Of a stretch of DNA of 64,000 bases, positions 56,086 to 64,000 are shown piece by piece (positions within the stretch are counted from its first letter, which is position 1; each line of letters starts with the position of its first letter). The translations under genes and the position numbers were made by a program. The notes beneath the pieces are model-generated. The model had not been told where the DNA came from. It saw only the letters and a list, made by a program, of their open reading frames with translations, and ran no database searches. Source of the DNA: the human T2T-CHM13v2.0 reference genome, Homo sapiens; the NCBI RefSeq assembly GCF_009914755.1, contig NC_060933.1, one strand, 5' to 3'.

Positions 56086-57924
56086 CATCTTTTGTCTTTT
56101 TCTATCAAGCACACTGAACTATCTATGGCGAAACCATCTAAATGTTTGAAAGAGATTTTCCACCATCTTCAGAATTCTAGGATCAAGCCAGTGAGAAAGA
56201 AAAGAGAATAGACGACGTCTCCCTTCCTGTTTAAACATAGTGAGCACCTTAGTATGGAAAGATTTTCCCATTATCTTCTTTCAAAAATGTGTCAGCATGG
56301 TTTGGGGGAGGGTGGGACGACAGGGCAAGTGGGAGAGCTGTTATTGGACCTCAGGGGAGAAGGCAAGGGAACAAAGATCGAGAAACCTTGCTCCATAAAT
56401 GCTGTCCTGTCATCTGACACCACAGCGCAAGGAATGCTACTAACACCTCGGTCCAAAGGAGGAAAGAATAGAGTCCGAAAGAGATCTGAAAAGAAGGCGG
56501 ATAATTCAGCTCAACCGACTTGTTTTTTGACACGTAGCCTTGAAAAGAACAATTTTACCTCAGAAACTTGGCAAATACAAAGTGATATTTTTTGATAGGT
56601 TATAACATGCATTTTACTAAATGCATGAAGAGACGGTGAGGGAGAAAAAGGCCAGGTATCTGAAGACAGGAAAGTTGTCAGGTTTCTCGTTTCTGTGTCA
56701 TTTTTGTTTAGTCGGTCAAATGAAAATTCAAAACCATATAATTAGATGGTTGTTTATACATGATTAAGCATGAGCTCATTGGACTCTACATGCCAAAAAG
56801 TCAGAGATGTGGTTAAGGGCAAGAAGGAACTATTAATAAAAGGAAATAAAGCTGTAATACATTTTTCACTTATGAATAAAAATAACTCAAAGGTCTCTAG
56901 ATGGAAAAAGAGAAACAAAATCAACCATGAGTAGGGGCAAGAAACCAGATAATTTTATAAATGGTTAGAATTCAATAAAACATAAGCCACTGGTATGAAA
57001 AGGCTTTTTTTCCTCCTCTATGATTCTAATCCTATTTTTTGCTTCTCGTAAACATAACTCACAATGAGAACATAACAAAACTTACCTGTATTATATTTCT
57101 TTAGAACTGTTCTGGGAAATATTTAAGCAAGAACATGCTGTTTATTTACAAGAGTTACTTGTTCTTCATAACTGTCTTCACCAGTAATCCTCTCCGGAAA
57201 AACCAATAGCTGTCAGCTCCCTTGGAAAAGGCAGTGTCCTTTCGTTTTTAACAACTGCAGAATTTTCTTCCCATAGCGAAGTGAGCCCATTGAAAGCAAG
57301 GCTTAACTGACCATAACCTTCATAAAGGTAAGGCAGATGCTCCCAGATCCCCCACAGGATCTGTGATTTTAGACTTGGGCTCTGAAAACTGGTGAATCAA
57401 CTGCTCATACACCAAACACCACACTATGGATGAGGTCAGTGGGCAAGTCTTTGGGATGGCAGAGAAAATAAACTGATCCAGGATCAGCCTACTTACTCCT
57501 TGTTAGGTAAGGTTTTTAAGCCAATACTACAACGTCCCACTACTGGGAAAATACATCAATACAGGGTACCTCTGGAGAACACGCTGATAAATGAAAAACT
57601 ACACCCAAAGGTGGTTCAATTGTGTGTGTTATTTTCTATAAGCAAACATATCTTTAGGTTGCCAAGGCTAGTACCTTTTGCACACAACTGCTGTGATACA
57701 TATAGTACAACCAATTGATTGGAACAACATGATCTAAAACCAAAAATGACCAAAGCCCACAGGATATCGCAACACACAGTTCTTAAGAATGAGGCTAAAA
57801 TGAATCTAATAACATTCAAAAAGCCCATAATGCCTAAGAGGCATGAACACCGACTTTTACAGCCCAACTCCGAGAGCAGTCTCCAAGTCACATCCGTGCC
57901 CTCTGTCACAGGGACCTAACATCT

Positions 57925-58040
57925 CAAACTTCCCTCTCTTTCCTCTCCCTTCCTCCCCTTCTCTTCCTGCCAGCTTCCCTCCTCCCTTTGTTCCCCCTCC
58001 CTCCCTCACTTTCTCCCTTTCTCTCCCCCTCTCTCCTTTA
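57925..58040. repeat. CT-rich polypyrimidine/polypurine low-complexity tract
   Basis: About 110 nt almost exclusively C/T on the plus strand. Confidence 0.85.
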
Positions 58041-60519
58041 GTATCAGCCAGTTCTGACTCCCAGAGAGAGTAATCTTCTCTGGGAAGTGCATACCCGCTC
58101 AGTAGAATTTAAACAATATGCTTCATTTAAGCCTGTATGATAAACTACAAAATATAGAAATTCCTAAAAAGGTCATTTCCAAGAAACTAACATGACAAAA
58201 AAGTACAAATCTGAAAAGGCATGGACAATTGAGACAAAGCACAACATTCATAACTAATTTGGCAATTTTAACCTATAAAACCTATATATTATCTACATGT
58301 CTTACATGAGATAGGTACTTTGTTCTAAAGATACTTTTTAATTATTGACCTGATTTTGTCAAATTCAGTTCTTAACATATTCATTTAGTGCAAGAAGCTA
58401 CCCAAAGCTGGGAGGAAAGTGCACTTTCATGAAACAAAGTCTTTATGCACCAGAACTTTATGGATTTGTGTCTTTAATGTTGAAGGAAGGGGGGACACCT
58501 TACTAACTTAATAAATATCGATTATTTGAAACCGTTGAATATCTACTATAGTTCTAGATAAGAAATTTGATAATTTATTCCTAAACAATGTGTGGCATGT
58601 AACTCAAAACTATTTTTCATCAATAATTAGTATTAATAATTAACAAGGGTAAACAACAAAAATACCTTTTGGAAATATTTCAACTTGGCCCTTTCCTCAT
58701 TCCACAGGCTGCCTATTGCCAGTCTTTACCCTCAATTTAGGGTTAATGACTAAACTGTCCTCATCTCTGACATGCAACACTACTCAGCAGCAATCTTCCC
58801 AAGTATGTGCTCACAAATACATAAGATTGAAAAGAATAAAAGTCTTATCAAAGTCACTGGAATCTGGCGAACTGATTTTTAAATTAGCAACTGCAGTTAC
58901 GATCCACTCAGCAGTGAATTAGATTTTTCAGCAGTAGGGACAGAACCCTGAATAAACTTCATCTCAAACGCCTATTCTCCATCCTAAATATGCAATTTAT
59001 GTCTTTAATGCAAGAATTAGCCTACTAATAAAAATTAAACAGTTCTCTAGATAAACACAGCAAAGAGGAAGGATGCTACAAGAGCTATTCATTTAAAACA
59101 GGCCAGAACCAATGTACTGGATTTTATTTGACACTCATTCTGAAGAGTATTACGTTCGACTTTTAAAAACTATCTTGCTATTATTTCTCAATTTGATTGT
59201 CCCAAAGCATCTTTAGAGTCAAATGCACTAGATCTTATACCAAATTAAAGGCATTTCACCGTATGCCTCTAATTTTCTAGCCACCCTGACCTAGCACCTG
59301 ACATTTAGAAATTTAAGCCCACTGCAATTAATCTCCTCTGGCCATTCATTTCTTCCCCAAATTGAACATTATGCAGGCAATATCCTAAGAAGTTCTGAAA
59401 GTTCAACGTCATACTATATTTTAATTTCTTACAGCAAATACAAATTCTAAAATTCCTAGTCCTCTTCCTTCACGTACCTCCATTCTATTATTGGAATTTC
59501 AATAATGGAATTTCAATTTGGAATTTCTTAACAAATTTCTTACCATTATTCTTCCTGAAAAATGATCAAAATCATCAGCAAAAGCATCTCATGCTTAAAT
59601 TATTCATGTTCTCAGGCTGTTTGGCCACTGACATTTTAAAGTGTTAGAAGTAAGAAGTCCTTGCACTGCGGGGCTTCCATATGCAGTGTCTGCTTGTGTA
59701 CCTGTGTGGGTATAGATTGTTTATATCTTGCCCTTGGCTGGGGGCCTCAGACAGCTGTGCAGAGTACTTGGCATACATTTCCAGGGCTACTTGCTCTTTG
59801 GTTTTATAAAATGCAGGCAGCAGGAACATTCAGGAACTGCCAGGACATTCAGCAAAGGCTGGAGTGCAGAGAGGAAAGCATCTGACAAATGCAGAGTAAG
59901 AAACAATGACTCCCTTCAAGGGGAACTGCTGGTGAAGTCAGCCAGCGCTGGCCAGCGCGAACAATACTTGGGCAGGTCATTAACTTGCCTGGGTCAGAGC
60001 AGGTGGGTGAACTCACCCACCCACCTTTCTGGAAGCAAAGTTTCACTTGCTGAGTTCATACCAAAAAAAAAAAAAAATTATAACATTCTAATGGCTAAAC
60101 TAGGGATGTGTCTGAAAATAGCTAACTCTGCAAACCCTGCAGAAGACATCCAGGGAATTCACAAAGGTAAGTCAACTTACTGTCGGCTGTTTCATTTTGC
60201 ACACATCTCTATAATAGCTACGTATGTATTATGTTGAAAATAAGCAAACACATTAGCAAACCAGGATTTTTTGAAGTGAGGTGGTTACCACTGTATTATG
60301 TTTCTCCCTCTCCTTTTTTTTCTTTTGCATAGGAAAGAGTAAGTTACTGGTTAACTACACAAAGGAGTTAACATTTAACTTGAACACCAGGAATGCTTGA
60401 GCTCTTAATCCCTCCCCCCTTTTTCTTATTATAGCAAAAATAGCTTCAGGAAAACTCTTACTAATTATTGCTGATTCTAGATGAGATCTGGCTACATCGG
60501 TTTCCTTGCTACACTCACA

Positions 60520-60900
60520 GGAGTTTGATTTCAGCCTGAATTCACCACTATGGTTCTTTCAGACATACTCCACTCCAGGCAGCCTGAAATCCCTGGCCAC
60601 CACATCCCCACGTCCCCATACTCTCCATATTTCCATCCTCAAAGATCAGCTCAAATGCTATCTCCTCCTTGAAAGAAACCTTCCATATTCCTTCCTCCAA
60701 TGCCAGGTTTACAGTGCTCTATTCCTCCTCTAAACTCCCACACAGTTATTCATTTGTCTTTTGTGCTGTGGATCAAGTCTACCTCATGTATCTATATCTC
60801 ACCTTTCCCCCTAAACTGGCAGGCCCATGAGGACAGGGACTGTACCTAATCCACCTGGACCCCTACCCATCACCCCAGAATATTAGGCCTCAGCTTCCTA
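60520..60900 (+). mobile_element. L2 fragment
   Basis: catcctcaaagatcagctcaaatgctatctcctccttgaaag...ccatgaggacagggactgt. Confidence 0.65.
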
Positions 60901-61439
60901 ATGCCTATGAACAGGTAATGCCCACACCATACCTGTAGCAAGTTTTAGTAAAGAACTTCTTTCCACAGGTAGGTGGAGAGAGGGCTACAAGGAGGGTGGG
61001 ATTGTATAATTTAAAATAAGGGGAAAAATAAAAATAAAATAAACAGAGAAATTGCTGAGAAGCCTGGAGTGGGGGTAACGTGGCCAGAGCTGCCACTTTG
61101 TTGTCCTGGCCATTCCTAACCCATTCTCCTCTCTCCTCCACAGGCTGACTCCACACCTCACTGCACACAAAGCTCGTCCCTATCAACAGAACCTTTTCCA
61201 AACTGTTTGACTTCTCACCTTTCCCATGAAGCCCTCCGTGGAAACAAGATTATAACAAACCTCTGTCTCCTCTCCAAATACTCCAAAGGAGGTGCAGAGT
61301 TTACCTAGCTATCAACATGGTGATCATGCTTCCTCACCAAGAACTTGTACTATTACAGCTGCTACTACTACTGCTACTAAGAATAATAATGATAGTGATT
61401 CATCTATACATTAAAAATGAAGTGAAAGTTAAAGTAAGC

Positions 61440-61620
61440 TTAATGGAAGGCTTACTTGGTGCCAGAGGAGGATGCCTAGCTCTATTCCCAGATTAACTCA
61501 TTTAACTCCCACAACAACCTTGATTATTACCATCCCATTTCACAGGGGAGGAAAACTAAGGCTTGAAGACCATATTAACCTGCTAAGAGTGAGTATTCAA
61601 ACCCCAGCTAGCCCAACTCA
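61440..61620 (-). mobile_element. MIR
   Basis: attaactcatttaactcccacaacaacct...atcccatttcacaggggaggaaaactaaggct. Confidence 0.75.
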
Positions 61621-62989
61621 AAAAACACACACAGATGGCTATGAGTTCATTCATATTCCCTTAACCATCACCTCCCACATAACTGGACAAATACTCCTAG
61701 ATGGAGAGAACACAGGACAATTGTCATTCTTCTCCCAAAGCTGGAACTCACACTCACGCGGAGCCTCCAACCTCTTGGTTTCCATATATAAGCAATAGTC
61801 AGGCATGACACCTTAATTTATTCTGTGTAGGTACCATAAATGGTGTCAGGCATGCAAGTACAAATAGATGACACTAGTCTAACCTTTAAAGCAGTGGTTA
61901 AGTGTCTATTACATAACCCCTTTTACTTTCAGGAATTTTTGATGCATAACATGAAATTCATTTGTTATCTCACTCATTCAGGAGTTAAAAACTGCATGGT
62001 AGGAGCAGGTGAAACAGAGATCAAGAGAATCACAGCACAAAATAATGTCTGGTAAAATAAGGTAGGATAAAAAAGCTACTGAGACACAGAGAAGGAGATG
62101 ACGATGATGATAATGATGGTGATATTTAGAAACAAGATATGAAGTATCTTATCTGCACTTGCATATATCTTACTACAAAAGGGATTTACTAACTTTTTAT
62201 TCACGAAGAGTCTTGAATGCGCACAGTTCATACGGATATATGTTAGGAATATAAGAACATAATGCACGTGCGGGTGCACGCATGCACACATAAACACACA
62301 CACACAGATGAGCACAAAGATAATTTCACAGTGAATCTGGTACAATAAAAGGTAAAGAAGAGCTTCCCCAGAGAAGCAACCTCCCATACAGACCCAAAGC
62401 TTTTATAGGGCCCCTTTCTACTAGAAACCAACCTACCTTAAAAACAACAAAAATAAAGCTGAAAGGGGGTCTTTTCTAAAATTCTGCCTCAGTAGCCCAA
62501 ACTTTGATCTTACACAACTGGACTGACCTAAAAGCAGAGTCCAACCAGCCACTGACTGTCCTCTGCTTTTACTAACCAATAAAAATATTCACATAAGGAG
62601 GAGGAAAACGTAAATTTGTAGGTAGATGGGGCCAGCCATATGGAGGCAAGAGGAATCTATGCCAGGGCAAAGTCGCAGGCCAGGAGGCCAAGTTCAGTCT
62701 GTGGCAAGCTCAGCCAAATCACCACATTCAGCCTGGTAAGATCACATACCATCTAGCACACAGCCTGGCACAAACCAAATGCTCAGAAAATATCGATTCC
62801 TCTTCCCATCTGCAAATCACATCAGAAAACCTTTACTCTCTCATATCTTAAAAGACTATCTTTAAACCAGAATAGATGATGAAACAATTTCAAGGGTTTC
62901 CCTCATAAGAAAAAGATGTATCTCTGCCCCCACCATGCTTTGAATTCATAGATTTAGATGCCAAGAAGGAAGATTAGAAATCATGTGTC

Positions 62990-63140
62990 CAACCTCCTTA
63001 TTTTATAAATTGTAAAATTCAAGTCCAGAGATGTAAAGTGACTTTCACCCGGTCACACAGCTAGTTAATGGCAGCATCAGGACAAAAATCCAAGTACTTG
63101 GGCACCCAACTAAACCCACTTTCTAATGTATCCTACTACT
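62990..63140 (-). mobile_element. MIR
   Basis: gtccagagatgtaaagtgactttcacccggtcacacagctagttaatggcagca. Confidence 0.7.
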
Positions 63141-64000
63141 TTTTTGGGGCTGTCAGTTATAAATGGTGCTTAATGATGCAAATACCTCTGAGGCAGTTAA
63201 AAATGTCTTTTGCCTTCAAAATAGAGTGAAGATGGCAGATGATCGACTCCTACACAATGAGCATTGGGTTGGGGACAGGAGCGTCCATGAAGAGATGAAG
63301 AGCTGAAGGAAAAAAAGGGGTAAGCACAGAGGAGGAGATCAGGATGAAAAGCGACATAGAGATGCCTACTTAACAACTGTGCCTAGAGATCGACTCTGTT
63401 TCAGTCCACAGGTTGAATCTGAAAACGCCACCAGAGACTTCTCTCTTCCAAGTGTCTTTGAGCCTAGAAGATACAAAAGCCTGCATTCTCCCAGATCAGA
63501 CAAAATGTATGACTCTTCAGGAGAAAAAAGAAATCAGATTGTTACATTTTTAAAAAGAGGTTCAGTTTGAGTTTGCCTCTATCTCCTCAAACTATATGTT
63601 TTAGCAGAAACACAGCTAAACCACAGGTTTTATTAGAACTAGTGCCTGCTTATTCATCCACCAAATGTAAATCTGCCACTGAACCAACATTCAGACTGCT
63701 CAGGGAGAGCAAGCACCTTGCTTAGAAAGGGGGAAAGTCTAATTTAAGCATATGGAACTTGACAGCATAATTTTTTTAAAGATTCTCTTCTCAAAGAAAG
63801 TTTACAAGCAGTAAGTGGGGCTCTAAGGCTATTATTTCTTGGCAAAATAACTGCAGAACAATTGTCCAGTTCACAGTTTTGCACTGAGGGGATTTCTTTG
63901 GATTGTGGCCTTTCTTCATCTTTGTTCTAAGGAAAAAATCTGCCTTCAGGAGTCCTAAACAATGAAAGCGCTCTTCATTATGTCTATGAGTTTGGATAGA

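Noticed and set aside
59728-60237. 169-aa plus-strand ORF
   Set aside because: Non-ATG start, runs through a poly-A tract, no homology recognised

Overview
Mammalian genomic DNA, almost certainly human, lying inside the GLIS3 gene (GLI-similar C2H2 zinc-finger transcription factor), which is transcribed from the minus strand. There are two real coding exons. The first is a 208-nt exon (38190->37983; exon 3 in long-isoform numbering) containing the ATG of the short isoform. The second is a 1114-nt CpG-rich exon (31130->30017; exon 4) encoding the VYGHF SUFU-binding motif, the poly-Pro/PPPY motif, ZF1, ZF2 and the start of ZF3. The rest is intron: partial intron 2 (38191-64000), intron 3 (31131-37982, 6852 nt) and partial intron 4 (1-30016). 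The introns hold Alu, MIR, L1, L2, MaLR LTR (including a complete two-LTR MST provirus) and DNA-transposon fossils. Nearly all other ORFs in the track are noise or repeat-derived. I found no evidence of a wholly new biological system. The most promising leads concern RNA processing: a translatable back-spliced exon-4 (or exon-3+4) circle, a weak exon-3 donor next to a CA repeat, several recursive-splice-like AG|GT sites, candidate alternative 5' exons in intron 2, and GLIS-like binding sites inside GLIS3's own exon. Repeat subfamily calls are by eye from remembered consensus sequences. Repeat boundaries without a stated TSD or TIR are approximate.
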